From the human T2T-CHM13v2.0 reference genome, Homo sapiens: a DNA stretch of 64,000 bases. Under the pieces are notes generated by a model that was not told where the DNA came from, ran no database searches, and was given only the letters and a program-made list of their open reading frames with translations. The position numbers and the translations under genes were made by a program. Of this stretch, positions 16,594 to 31,539 are shown one piece after another; positions within the stretch are counted from its first letter, which is position 1; the number at the start of each line of letters is the position of its first letter. The stretch lies in assembly GCF_009914755.1 (NCBI RefSeq), contig NC_060932.1. One strand, written 5' to 3'.

Positions 16594-17930
16594 AGAGAAA
16601 TATTCTGTGTTCATATAATAGAGAATTTAACGTTAAGATGTCAATATTTACAACTTGATCTATAGATTAAATATAATCCCAGTCAAACTTTTAGCAAGAT
16701 ATGTTGTTGACATTTCCAAACTGATTCAAAAGACCTAGGATCGTCAATACAATACTGGAAAGAACAAGGTTGGTGGATGATAGGGTTTCTGTCCCCATCT
16801 AAATCTCATCTTGGGTTCTTGCTCCCATAATCCCCATGAGTCATGGGAGGGACATGGTGAGAAGTAAATGAATCATGAGGGGTTTTTTTTCTGTGCTTTT
16901 CTCATGAAAATGAGTAAGTCTCACAAGAGCTGATGGTTTTATAAAGGTCAGTTCCCCTGCACATGCTGTCTTTCCTGTCACCATGTAAGACATACCTTGC
17001 TCCTCCTTTGCCTTGAGTCATGATCGTGAGACCTCCCCAACTGTGTGGAACTGTAAATCCATTAAACCTCTTTTTCTTCATAAATTACCCCATCTCGGAT
17101 ATTTATTTATAGCAATGTGAAAATGGGTTAATACAGTGAACTTACACTACCTTATATCAAGACTCACTAAAAAACTGCAATGATGAAGGCAGTGTGGGAG
17201 TGGTGAAGCAATAAATGAATAGATCAAACAGAGAAACAGAACAGAATGGATAGCTCAGAAAAGATCAAAGCAACTCCTCTCTATCAAAGAAGCAAAGGTA
17301 ATGTAATGGAGGAAGAATAGTCTTCTCAACAAATGGTGCTTGAACAATTAGATATCCCTATGCAAAAGAGAAAGAGAAGGAGAGGTAGAGAGGAGAAGAG
17401 GAGGCAATGAAGTGGGGGAAAAGAGGGAGGGAGAGAGAGAGAGAGAGAGATGGCCTACGATGAGGGAGTGATTAAACAAACTGTGGTTCATCCGTATCCT
17501 GGAATACTGCCCAACAATAAGAAGGAAAGAGCTATTGATAAATGCAACAACCTGGATGAATCCCCAGAAAGTTATGCTGACTGAAAAAAGCCAGTCTAAT
17601 AAGGATATATACATTCCATTTATATGGCATTCCTAAAAGGACAAAATTGTAGAAATGGAGAATAAATCACTTATACAGGGGTTAAGACGGAGGTGGAGGT
17701 GTGAGGGAAGAGAGAGTGGCTCTGAAAGGGTAACATGAGAAGTCCTCCTGATAATGGAAATGTTATGCATCAGTGTCAATAACCTGGTTGTGATATTGCA
17801 CTATGGTTTTACAAAGATGTTACTATTGAGGAAAATAGAGTAAAAGATCTGGGTATCTCTCTGCATTATTATTATTATTTTTGGAACTGTAGAGGAATCT
17901 ACATTTATCTCAAACTAGAAAGTGTAACTA
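16594..17930 (+). mobile_element. Old L1M (MB/MC type) 3' portion
   Basis: ORF2-like AGTCTTCTCAACAAATGGTGCTTGAACAA and 3'UTR-like ATAAATGCAACAACCTGGATGAATC..TATACATTCCATTTATATG. Confidence 0.7.
16778..17135 (+). mobile_element. THE1/MST MaLR solo LTR inserted in the L1
   Basis: TGATAGGGTTT..AAATCTCATCTTG..CCATTAAACCTCTTTTTCTTCATAAATTACCC..TAATACA. Confidence 0.85.
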
Positions 17931-18094
17931 AAACATCCTTTTCATGACAGGGTTATTGATTCTAATAGAATTAAATCTATCGACTTTGAAAAATTAAAGG
18001 GGAGGTAAGGCAAGATTTCTGAGCCAGCAGGAAACCAAAACTAACTCTTGAGCACTGGAAACATGATAGGAAATTCTTACTTAAACTAAGTAAT

Positions 18095-18470
18095 TGTCTC
18101 ACTCCATTCATGCTGCTATAATAAAATATCTTATGGTGGGTGATTTATAAACAATAGAAATTTATTACTTACAGTTTTAGGGGCTGGAAGACCTCAAAAG
18201 ATTTACTATATCCTGAGGACCCAGTTTGTGCTTTCAAGATAGCACCTTGTTGCTCAGCCTTCACATGGCAGAAGAGACAAACGCTGTGTCCTCCCATGGT
18301 GGAAGGAGCAAGGCAGTTTCTTTCAACCTCTTTTATAAGGGTGCTAATTCCATTCATGAGGGCAGGGCCCTTGAGGCTTAATCACCTCCTCAAAGGCCTC
18401 ATCTGTTAATCACCAGAGTGGGGATTAGGCTTCAGCATTAATTTTGGAAGAACACATTCCCACCATAACA
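18095..18470 (-). mobile_element. MST/MLT1A MaLR LTR
   Basis: TCCATTCATGCTGCTATAATAAAATATC..CCTCTTTTATAAGGGTGCTAATTCCATTCATGAGGG..CCACCATAACA. Confidence 0.75.
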
Positions 18471-18836
18471 GTAATTTTGAGGCTTAGAATCAGAAGGTAA
18501 ACTGTCAGCCAGTTCCTAGGAAAATCGTAGGCAGTGATTTAGGGAAGAGGGTCTAAATCACTGGAGTTACTGAGACTCATAGAGGTAATTATGACTCCCT
18601 TGCCTGTCAGCAAATTTTATCTCAGACTTACGTGTAGAGAACAAGTCTATAGAAAATATTCAACTAGCCCCAATTAAAGACATGGGGTCATGATGATTAA
18701 TTTAGACAGGTGTGTGTGTGACACATAAAAGTCTTTGATAAATGGACCGCCTATCCATCAATTTGTTGTTCATGTAGCTATTCGTGTAAATGTATGCTCA
18801 TTTATGTGGGCATATGGCATGATGGTAAAAATTTTT

Positions 18837-19205
18837 AAAAAGTGTGCTCTTGCGATAGTTTGATGAGAATGATGGTTTCCAGTTTCAAGGACAAAAAACC
18901 AAACACCACATGTTCTCACTCATAGGTGGGAATTGAACAATGAGAACACTTGGACACAGGAAGGGGAACATCACACACCGGGGCCTGTTGTGGGGTGGGG
19001 GGAGGGGGGAGGGGGGAGGGATAGCATTAGGAGATATACCTAATGTAAATGATGAGTTAATGGGTGCAGCACACCAACATGGCACATGTGTACATATGTA
19101 ACAAACCTGCACATTGTGCACATGTACCCTAGAACTTAAAGTATAATAAAAAGAAAAAGAAAAAAAAGAATAAAATTTTGTTTTGTGTTAAAAAAAAGTG
19201 TGCTC
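18837..19205 (+). mobile_element. 5'-truncated, 5'-inverted L1PA with TSDs and a short 3' transduction
   Basis: TSD AAAAAGTGTGCTC at 18837-18849 and 19193-19205. Inverted piece 18850-18887. L1PA 3'UTR 18888-19147. Confidence 0.92.
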
Positions 19206-19505
19206 ATTTCTCTACCTATTCATCTTCTTTCCACCTCCCTCTCTCTTTTCTTTATTTTCTTTTGTTTACTTCTTTCATGTCAATAGGTTAGTAAGCGCCA
19301 ACTTACTAGACTGAGTACAAGCTAGAGATTTGTTGATTTCTAGTCTCTTCTAGTCCTCTTTTAAGAAAAATATCAGATGGCTTTGGGACAATTTATCTAC
19401 TCCAGAATGATAGAAAAATAAACCGGGATGGAGGGAGCATCAAGGTCAGGCAGTGTTGTTCTCCTTTCTAAATGAAACACTTGACAAACTGAGCAAAGAC
19501 AGTCA

Positions 19506-19517
19506 TTTATTTTTATT
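19506..19517 (-). terminator. Tandem AATAAA polyadenylation signals of DEFB106
   Basis: AATAAAAATAAA on the minus strand about 80 nt after the stop codon. Confidence 0.7.
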
Positions 19518-19597
19518 AAAGTGTCTGCCTACAGCAGAGGCAAGAGTAAAAAGAAGCTAGGTTATGTATGCTTCTCTGGAAACCTAAATCTTCTGCA

Positions 19598-19746
19598 TTA
19601 ATCTATAATGCTCCCACATGGCTGGATGGTCCGACAGCATTTCAGAGACTTCTGGCAGAGAGCAATAAGTTCTTCATTTTTCCCGCAATTGTTCTTGCAT
19701 GTCCCTTTAAGTTTGTTGCATTTCTCATCAAAAAATGCATTCTTGG
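19598..19746 (-). CDS. DEFB106B: Beta-defensin 106 exon 2, mature peptide (7 Cys)
   Basis: Acceptor CGTATAG|CCAAG. Encodes (A)KNAFFDEKCNKLKGTCKNNCGKNEELIALCQKSLKCCRTIQPCGSIID*. 49+149 nt = 65 aa + stop. Confidence 0.98.
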
Positions 19747-20739
19747 CTATACGAGGGAAGGAGCCATTTGGATTAATTCCCTTTTCAGACATGTATGTTT
19801 ACCAGATACAGTTGTATGACTACTTGGTGAAGATTTTTTCACAAGCTGTCATAGTGCCATATCCTACCGGTAGATGAGATGGTAGGGGACCTGATTTTTA
19901 TCTGATATTTCAGTCTCATAGTCATACAGGGTGAAATACCGGAAAGAATACATTTGTCTTCCAGCATTTGAGACCAAGCTGTGTAGGAGCTTTGGGAAAC
20001 GTAAGCTATGGTTCTTTAATCGAAATCTGTTGGGGATAATTATCAACTTGTTCCCATAAACACTCCCAGAGGCTGCTAATTTTCCTAGTGCACTCTCAGA
20101 GGCTGCTACTTGGTGAGAGTAGAGCAAGAGCTGAGACTGAGGAGATAGCTCCAGACCAGAGCAAAGGAAGGGATAAAGATATAAAAAGAGAATGAGTTTA
20201 CTGTGGTAGATAGAAACTTGCTTGGAAGGCTCAGCCTGATTTCTCCTCCATATTCACCAAAGCAACGACTGCGGAAAACTTGTGCTTTAGAGAAGGAGGG
20301 TGCAGTATGTTGGGAATGTTTTTCTAAGATTTTCTCAGTTCATTTTGCGGAGAATTCCAGTTCCCACCTTAGGGCTTTATCAGTAGCAGTCCCAAGAGCA
20401 GCCTGCTTCAAGTTAAGGACAGACAGCACGTCTTATCAGGATCAACATTTTAGAGCTGCCCAATTTGTGTATATATAATGAAGGCATCAGATGTACAGAG
20501 ATTGCATTTAATGTCTATACTATAATGTATATACATTTAATGTCAACATAAAAAGGTGCCTAATTCAAATCTACGTAAAACTTACAGCCAGGTGGATTAG
20601 TGCCAGCATATGCACTAATGATTATCCAGGATCAGCACATCAGTTCATAAGTGAAAATACTCCACTATTTCAAAGCTCGATGAACTCTGGCTCTCACTGG
20701 CAGGGGTCTATGTTCTCTCTGCCCTACTGTAAGGCAGAT

Positions 20740-22240
<1,501 letters not shown>

Positions 22241-23351
22241 CTTTTTTTTGACTTATTATATAATAAGTATGAGTGATCTGAAAAAGATACCTCTGGCCAG
22301 TTTCGAACGTGCATATCAAAACCAGTGGCCTGAATACGGCATAGGTCACTGTGGGTCCTAGATCCTCATGTTTTGACACAGAATCTACTCTCACAGGCTT
22401 GTCACAAAACAGACCAGAGCTATGAGCAGCTGATGTGAAAAGTTGAGCATCATACCTGGGATCGTATATCACTGGTATCTGGCACAAATTGGGAGTTACT
22501 GTGGGCTCTGAGAATCCCTTTCTTCAGCTCTCTGGAGGCTCACATGAGCCTGGTCTTAAGCCTTAATTTTGAAGAGGATACAATTGGAGCCACTGGAGAT
22601 TCCCAGGAGCAGGAGAAAATGAAGAGAGTTTTGATATGGGAAGGGTGTCTTTAATGCCTCTTACTGTGGCAAGACAGTTGGGCTCCTACCCTGGCTTTGT
22701 TTTGGTTATCTATAAGACTCTGAGAAGCACTGAGCCCATCTGAGGCACAATTTCTGCATCTGTAATAAAATTTGTAAAATGGACCTTCAAACCCAAAAAG
22801 ATTTTCTCTAACTTCCATTAAATTAGGGGTAAGACAGAGTTTTCCGTAAAGGCGCTGGCACTGGAAGACTAGATGCATTTTATGTGAAGCTCTCATCACA
22901 GTACTTGGCTTGATGATATGTGATCAAGAAATGGCAGTCCAAGTTACGCTGCTTTACCTGTTGCCATGACTGGCATGAGTGCATAGGTGTCTCTAAGCTC
23001 AGATCCTTACCTGTCCCTTCTCCTTACCTGTCTCAATCTCTACCATAACTACATTTTAAAAGGTTCATAGACTGCTATCCTTGTTTTTAATTTTTTCTCA
23101 ATTTTTGTTTTTGTTAGTGAGCATGAGATGGGATGCCAAAAGGCATCTTTCCTGGCCTTCTTTTATTCTTTCAAACCTGTGACAGCCCCTCCTAGATAAC
23201 AATGTAAAATGCAAAGGAATTACAGAAGAGGCGTTGGGGGATATCACCTCTTGTAGTAGATGGGTTGATCACGCCCAGGCATTCACTGAAGGGGACCCTG
23301 TGTGTGGGACACCACCTCCGATCACCTTCCCTGTAAAGATGCCCATTTTAC

Positions 23352-23400
23352 CTGGGGTCAGAAAGAAGAGCACGGCAAAGAGAAAGAGGAAAGTCCTCAT
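23352..23400 (-). CDS. DEFB106B: Beta-defensin 106 exon 1, signal peptide
   Basis: MRTFLFLFAVLFFLTP+G, donor CCAG|GTAAAA at 23351-23350. Confidence 0.97.
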
Positions 23401-23462
23401 GACTGGGTGGGTCTTGAGAGATCAGCACCGTGTCCATGAGGAAAGAGCCGCAAACACCCACA

Positions 23463-23468
23463 TTTATA
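23463..23468 (-). promoter_or_regulatory. TATA box of DEFB106
   Basis: TATAAA (context TGTATAAATG) about 63 nt upstream of the ATG. Confidence 0.7.
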
Positions 23469-24738
23469 CATTTCTCCAGACCAAGTAACATCTTGATCAG
23501 TGAGGCTTAGCAGAAACGAGAGGATTTCCATGCTCTGCTGCACAGAGCCCACCCAACCTCAGTGGGTGTCACTCAGTCTACAGCTCATCATATTTCTGAT
23601 TCTGGAAAGTTTTGAAGAAGGAAAGTGGGGATGAAGGGAGGACAGAGTAGGGCAGACACAGAAAAAATAAAAAAATCTGGAGTCCAGTAGTTTGGTTTCT
23701 AATCCTGGCTGTGTTCCTGAACAGCTTTGGTTTACTCATATGTAAAATGGGAGTAATTATACAATATCTCAATGCTTCAGTTAAGAGCTGAGGAACCGTA
23801 GTGAGGTGGAATCTGAATTCCAGATTCAGTCTTTTTGAGCTTTGTAAACTTGGCAAAGGGCTTGACCTAAGCATATATTTGTTAAAAAATGTGAATCTTG
23901 CTGTATGCTGCACGCTTTTCATGCTTGGTCCTGCCATGCTGCTCACCTGTACCATGGCACTGTTGGCGCAGCAAGGGGCTGGTAACCATCATGCCTTGCC
24001 CTAGACACCTGGGCTCAAGCAATCTACCTGCCTTAGGCTCCCAAAAGCTACGATAATAGACATAAGCCACCCATCTGGGCCAATATTCATGTCCTTAATG
24101 AATTTAAAATATGCAGTAATTATGGCTTTGGTGCGTGAGGTGATATCTTACAGGAAAGGGGACTCAGAGCTAACTTGACAAAATGATTGCTACCCCTCCT
24201 TTTCTCCCTGTGATACTTGTAGAGAATAAAAATGAAAGCTAGAAAAGTGAGAGTCCACATTTATTGAGTTCTTACATGGTACCAGGCCTCCTTCCAAGCA
24301 TTCCACATATTCAAAACACTTTTGCATTATAATCATACTAGATTCTTACAACACCTTTAGAGGCAGGCAGAATTTGCAAGTGGGTTCTTATTTTCTCCCA
24401 GAAAACAGAAGCTGGAAGAGATGAAAGGGGTCACTATCTTCTGGCCCCTGCATTAGTATGGTGGAAACTCACATGGCCCCTGCTCTTTCAACCTCTAGCC
24501 TGGTGTTCTTTCCACTACACCAGTTAGACTCCCCAAAATAAAAGGCTTTCTGGATGCCAAGGGTTATTATCCATGATATCATCCCTTTATCCTGGGAAAT
24601 GGAGCATATAATTGTGTTTTATTGATTCACTTCACGGATCAAGAGCATCTCCCCATTACTTTTAAATAAAAATGAGCCTCTCATTTGGGTCTTCTCAAGG
24701 AAATCCCAATCTCTATTCTGAAGAGTCTTCCCTAAAAG

Positions 24739-24808
24739 ATGGCCCTGATCAGGAAGACATTTTATTTTCTATTTGCTATGTTCTTCATTTTGGTTCAACT
24801 GCCATCAG
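24739..24808 (+). CDS. DEFB105B: Beta-defensin 105 exon 1
   Basis: MALIRKTFYFLFAMFFILVQLPS+G, donor CAG|GTAAGT. Confidence 0.97.
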
Positions 24809-25151
24809 GTAAGTAAAAATGGATGGGATTTTGACTGGGCAGATTATAAAGCCTGTTGATTCTTCCATGTTTGACCTTAATGGTCAAGCTCTCATGGCAC
24901 CTGTCATGGGAATTTCTTAGACCTACAGTGACATTTACTAAGAGCAAACAGCATATAGTGTATTTTTTTTTTTGTAATTTGTTTTTGCTGGTTACCTGGA
25001 ATGCTGGCCTTGAGAAACAGAATAAAGATTGCAACTCTGTGATCTACTGTCTCCTGTTATGCTATGTCACATGTGAAGTTGGGAGTGTTTTATACAGTGT
25101 TAATTCCTGTGTTGATTTTAATTTTCAAAATGTATTTTGTTTTGAATTTAG

Positions 25152-25193
25152 GGTGCCAGGCAGGACTTGATTTTTCCCAACCATTTCCATCAG
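25152..25193 (+). CDS. DEFB105B: Beta-defensin 105 exon 2 (42-nt symmetric phase-1 exon)
   Basis: TTTAG|GGTGCCAG...CCATCAG|GTAAGT encoding (G)CQAGLDFSQPFPS. Confidence 0.95.
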
Positions 25194-26441
25194 GTAAGTT
25201 AAATCTCTTGTATATAATTATTTTTTCTCTTAGGAGCTCTGGCGCTGTTAGCTCTCTCTGATGTCTGGAGGCAAAGAGGGGACAGAGATAGTGGCAGAAA
25301 TAGAATTGTCTGAAAAATCAGTTCACTAACTTATCTCCTTCTCTTTCTCTTGTTCCAAGTATAATATTTGGATATTTTTGATTTCACAGAAAAATATCTT
25401 TGTGACTGGACTGTAATTTGGCCATAGAGATTTGGACTCAGTGGCTTTTCCCATTAGCTGTTGGTGCTCACTAAACCAAGTTCTTAGATTTATTCTTGTA
25501 CCAGCCAATTAGCACTGCTCTGTGAACACGCCTGCCCATCTCTTGCAAGCTCTGCTGCTAAGTCTGGTAATAATATATGTCACAAATGCACGAGGTTAGT
25601 TGAAGGAAGCTCAAATTAAAGAGTGAGGTTGCCTCAGTGAAAACTCAGCACCATTGCAGAAAAGCTATTCATAACGAATAGCCCCCAGATCTTTTCTTTT
25701 TCTTTGAAGTCATCTTATACAGAAAGAAAGGACATTGTAAACAAAACTAAAAGAAATATTGTAGACAAAGTTGAAATGGTTTTAGACAGAATTTCAAAGT
25801 GAGAAATATGAAGGTTGCTACTAGTCCTTGAGTGTTTGCTCTGTACCAGGCATCCTGCTAAAAACTTTACATGGACTTTGTCATGTAATCCTCAAAACAG
25901 TCCTATGTGGTAGGTATTATTATAATGAAAATATTTACATATAATATTCCATTTGATCCCTAAACTGATTTAAAAATGTAGTCAGGTGCTTCTAGAATGG
26001 CCACTGGACAAATGAGAATATGGACCTTAACCTGCCGGCTACTAGGCCCAAACTAGAGTTGATCTTCAAGGATCTTTAAAAAACCACAATATACCCCTCC
26101 CATTTTTTGTCTAGTAAACTTCACAGTCATATCAGGTATGTATTTTTATAGTTCTGTAATATGTATGTCTCTTTGTCTGTCTGTGGTTTACTTTTGATCC
26201 CTGCCAGATTATAAACACTTGGAGAGTAGGAATTGCGATGATCTGTTGCATAAAAATTAACTCTCCCCAACTCCCTACTGCAAAAAGCAGAAACTATTTT
26301 TGAAAAATCTGGGCTGATTCTTGAAAATATTCTTTGTAATCATACGTACGAACTGTCCCTTTTTTTTTGGTGGTCTTTGACATGTTCCCCATTTCTAGAC
26401 ATTTCCTGGAAAGCTCCCTCAGCAGCTCTTTCTTGGCACAG

Positions 26442-27044
<603 letters not shown>

Positions 27045-27639
27045 TAAAAAACATCAAGACATGAGTGTGTACCTAGTATCTGCTCAATCAGATACCACTA
27101 CTATGTATATGTAGAGTACCTTACAATTTATGAAGTATTTTCCATACTTCTCTCATATGACTCATGATTACCTTATGAGGTAGGTTTTATTACTGCTATT
27201 TACATTTGAAAATATTGAGGCTCAAGAGGCTGTTAATTCTTCAGAGGCATAGCTAGGATCCAGTAACTGCTGTGCACGTTGCTGTCATGTTTTATGTATC
27301 CATCTATATGTACTAACTATGTTAATGGAATAATAATTCTATCAAATATAATACATTATTTTTATATTCACATTATTTCTTGGTTTGTCTAAATATTGTC
27401 ATTCATTGATTCTAGTACTTATGGTGTATTTACCTGTGAAAGAAAATGATTAGAGATTAACTTAAAATGTTCAACACAGAATGTGCATAAATGGTTGACT
27501 GTCTAATTTTGCCTTGTGAAATAAAATCCAGCTTCACAAAATAAAGGCCAAAATTACCAGCCCTATGACCAGTGACTTGAACTTGGTTACTTAGTTTTAA
27601 CGTATGAGATTAAACAATGTTTTGTTTAACATTTGGGCC

Positions 27640-28100
27640 TATTATTTGTCTCTTTGTGCTCAAATCTGTTCCTTGTTTTTTTCTGCTTTGCTGAGTAAAA
27701 TGGGAACTATTAGTTGCAAACTACATTTTCCAGGCTTCCTGACTTCTGGCTAGTTTTGGTCAATGTGTCTCCTAGGAGAATGGGAGATTGAAGAAGGAAG
27801 GACAATGTGAATTTCTCCCCGACTCCCTCTCTTTTCCAGCAGTGGCTTTTCATGCTCAGCAAGGCCGCTGCTTTTCTGTCTTCTGCACTCACCTGGCAGT
27901 CCCACCGCAAGTTTAGCTTCTGCCAGCCAGTGCTGCTCCCAGGCTCACACAAATCCTTCCATTTTTCCTCAAACCTTAGGGCAGTGGGAGATTTCTGCTG
28001 TGACTATCAGTAGGGTTGCCTCATTGCTCCCGCTTTGCATTGTCATCTTTTCCAACACTTTATCTGTACATATTAAATTCTTTCTATAGAACTATCCATT
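27640..28100 (+). mobile_element. Old ERVL-type LTR (LTR33-like)
   Basis: GCAAACTACATTTTCCAGGCTTCCTGACTTCTGGCTAG..TATTAAATTCTTTCT. A similar remnant lies at ~39460-40030. Confidence 0.45.
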
Positions 28101-28607
28101 GGGGGAACCCTTTTAATGCTTGATTGGTTCAATTTTTAGATTCACTCTATTTACATATGATCCACTGTTTTCCAAAAGAGATTTGAAACACAGCCCTCAA
28201 GAAGCCTAGAGTGTTTCCTTCATTTACACAGGAATTACCCCAGGGAAGTGGGAAGTGGGGTATTTGGTCTTAAGAGTCCAGTTCACAGTAATTTTCTGCT
28301 GGCAGATGGTCTTCCTCCCCAGGTCTCCACAGTGCAAATGCAGCTGCTAGCTTACAGAACACCATGAAACTGGAATACTACTTACTCATTCCAAATACTG
28401 CATTGCTTTATCTTAAAAAATTGCTCTGGAACCTAGTTGAAGTTTCTTTTAATGAAAGATTCATGTGAGTGTCTCAGAGTCATACAAAGTGGTAGACCAG
28501 TAGCTGTGCCCTGATATTACCTCACTAATGACCTCATGTAGCATCCAGATGGCAGCTGCAGAGGACACCTCCCACAGGTGCTCACCTAGTCACAAATTGT
28601 TCCCTTT

Positions 28608-29221
28608 CATGGCAGGCCAAGTCTCACTAACGCAAGACTCCATAACAACTGCTTTAGTACCCACTGAGGGGTTAAGTTAAATATTAAAAGCTTAAAAAGC
28701 CAGTGCCCTGATATAAAGGCTGGAATGTAACAAAAGCCCACTAAGAGTTTTGCTTAGGCCTTTCCTGGGCCTTAAAGCATGACAAACTAATGAAGGAGTT
28801 CTTAACAGGACCCGTTTAGGATTAAACAAGTTTATAGGAGGTCTGAAGAAACTCCCCAAATATCAGTGATTTAGCAGGAGACAAGGTGAGGGTAATAACC
28901 CCAGCACCTGGACCCGTTTAGATTAAGTACATTTACTGAGGCTCCAGAGGAAGGTCTTCGGGACTCAGACCTTAGTTATAGATTAAAAGAAGTTAATAAC
29001 TTATGTCTTTAGATGAATGCACACTTACACATAAACATATAGCTTGGAGGTATATAAGCTCTGGAAAACTTTGTAATTTTAAGTTGGTCTGGCGATAATT
29101 TCCAGGACTTCTCCCTATAACTGGTTGCAGAAATAAAAACTCTCTTCCTCCCGAGTTTATTTGCATCTTGTTATTGGGCTGTGAGAAATAGCAGCCCAAC
29201 TCTCCGTTTGGTCCAGGAACA
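28608..29221 (+). mobile_element. Solo LTR (ERV1 class, LTR10-like)
   Basis: Begins (CA)TGGCAGGCCAAGTCTCACTAACGCA, ends GGTCCAGGAACA, flanked by 4-bp TSD CTTT. Internal TATATAA and AATAAA. Confidence 0.75.
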
Positions 29222-29229
29222 CTTTCTTT

Positions 29230-30530
29230 ACACTTTAGATTCATGGAAACAAAGAGACTGAAAGTAAAAGGATGGAAAGAGATTTGCCATACAAACAATA
29301 ACCAAAAGAGAGCTGTAGTGGTTATACCAATAGTGTACAAAACAAACTTTAAGACAAAATTGGTACTAAAGATGAAGAAGGGCATTTTGTAATGTTAGCA
29401 AGTTAATCTATCACGATAATATAACAAGTATAAAAACATGCACCTAACAACAGAGTGCCAAAATACATGAAGAGAAAATTGACAGAATTGAAGGGAGAAA
29501 TAGAGAAGTCAACAGTAATAGCAGGAGACTTTAATATACCACTTTTAATAATAGACAAAACAACTAGAAAAAAGATTAGCAAGGAAATACAAGATTTGAA
29601 TAGCACTGTAACACAATGACCTCAAAGCGTGGAACACTGCACCAATTACAGCAAAATACACATTCTTCTTCTGTTCACATGAAATATTCTTTAGAATAGA
29701 CTGTATGTTAGATTTAAATACAAGCTCCTCAATACATTTAAAAGGATAGGAATCATACAAAGTATGTTCTCTGAACAAAATGGGATAATAGAAATTTGGG
29801 AAAGTCACAACTATGTGGAAATTAAACAGCATAAATGTGAATAAATGATGGGTCAAAGCAGAAAACATAAGGGAATGTAGAAAATATTTTAAAGGGAGCC
29901 CCCAAACACTTTAAAATATACAACACAACAGCAACTTACCAAAACTGTGAGATGCAGCTAAAACAATGCTTACAGGAAAATGTATGGTTGTAAATGCCTG
30001 TATTTATAAAGAAGATAGATTTAAAATCAGTAAATTATCTTCCATCTCAAGAAAATTAAGGAAGAGCCAACTAAACCCAAAGCAAGCACAAGGAAGAAAA
30101 TAATAAATATTAGCACGGAAATAAATGAAATAGAGACTAAGAAAACAATAGAATAAATCAACACAACAAAAATTTATTTTTTGAAATGATCAACAAAATT
30201 GGCAAGCCTCTAACTAGACTGACTAAGAAAAAAAGAGAATACTCATATTACTAAAATCATGAGTGAAAGAGAAGTTTTACAAAAGATCTTACAAAAGTAT
30301 TTTTTAATATTATTAAGGAATACTATACACAATTTTATGGCAACAATTTTGATAACCTAGATGAATAAATGCCTAGAAATGCATACATATCAAACCTAAT
30401 TCAAGAAGAAATAGAAAGTCTAAAATGGACCTATAACAAATAAAGTGCATGAATTGATAGTAATAACACTAACAAAAATCCCACATAGTAAAACCCAGGG
30501 CCAAATGGCTCCACTGGAACATTGTAAAGA
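29230..30530 (+). mobile_element. L1M ORF2 (endonuclease-region) remnant
   Basis: AAAGTAAAAGGATGGAAAGAGATTTGCCAT.., GGAGACTTTAATATACCACTTT.., CAAATGGCTCCACTGG. A-rich L1 sense strand. Confidence 0.85.
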
Positions 30531-30556
30531 TGTTACTCTATTTTATTTTGCCTCGA

Positions 30557-30852
30557 TTTTTTTTTCAGACAGGGTCTCACTCTGAAGCTCAGGCTGCAGT
30601 GCAGTGGTATGATCTCGGCTCACCCCATCCTCTGCCTCCGGGGCTCAAGTGATCCTCCCACCTCAGCCTCCTGAGTGGCTGGGACCACAGGTGCCTGCCA
30701 CCATGTCCAGTTAATTTTCGTATGTTTTGTAGAGATAGGGGTCTCATTATGTTGCCCAGGCTAGTTTCGAACTAAACTCTTGGCTCAAGTGATCTGCCCA
30801 CCTTGGCCTCCCAAAGTGCTGGGATTACAGGCGTGAACCACCACACCTGTCC
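30557..30852 (-). mobile_element. AluJ-type element
   Basis: Reverse Alu with CAGGGTCTCACTCTG and GGGCTCAAGTGATCCTCCCACC. Confidence 0.9.
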
Positions 30853-31539
30853 TGGCTTGCATATTTTTTGATGAGAAGTTTGCTGCAGTTATTCTGTCAT
30901 CTTTCTACAGGCAGGAGGCATGTATGCCTTCTCTGTTGACAAAGGTAGAGGATGTTCTTTGTTTTTCTTTTTTAATGTGCTCCCTTCTCCTCGTTCTCCT
31001 AGCTTTAATATTTTGTTTTGCATTTTTTTAGATTGTTCATTCACCAGTGCCGTACAAACAACTGTTGTTCTTCCCTCAGTTTCTTAATTAAGAAATTAAG
31101 ACTTTCTTTTCCATAAAAGAGAAAGATTCTTGCAAGCTTTCGTTCTTTCTCACAGTGGCTACTGTTCCCCTCAGCCGACTTACATCATGAAATACTCTAA
31201 TCTTTTTTGTAAGCACCTGCTGAGTCTATGGAGAATACATTAGAAGTTGCTGTGAACTTCTCTTTTGTCTGTGACCCCAGACATTTATATTGTTTCTCTA
31301 GTTTATGCTTGCTCTTAGCAATTCTCTACAGACTTTACCTGAAATCTTTTAAATCATATTCTGGGGGTAATCTGCTTCAGGTAAGCAAGCACTCATGGTC
31401 TTTATTTTTTGGAGGTTCCTGTCTTTTCTTATATTTCTAGGTAGGTGGCTGATTTGTGACCTTAGCTTTCCAATGAGTTCAAGAAACTGAATATTTGCAG
31501 TCTGCCGTGTGTTTTGCTGTGTATTTGTTTCATGTGGGA

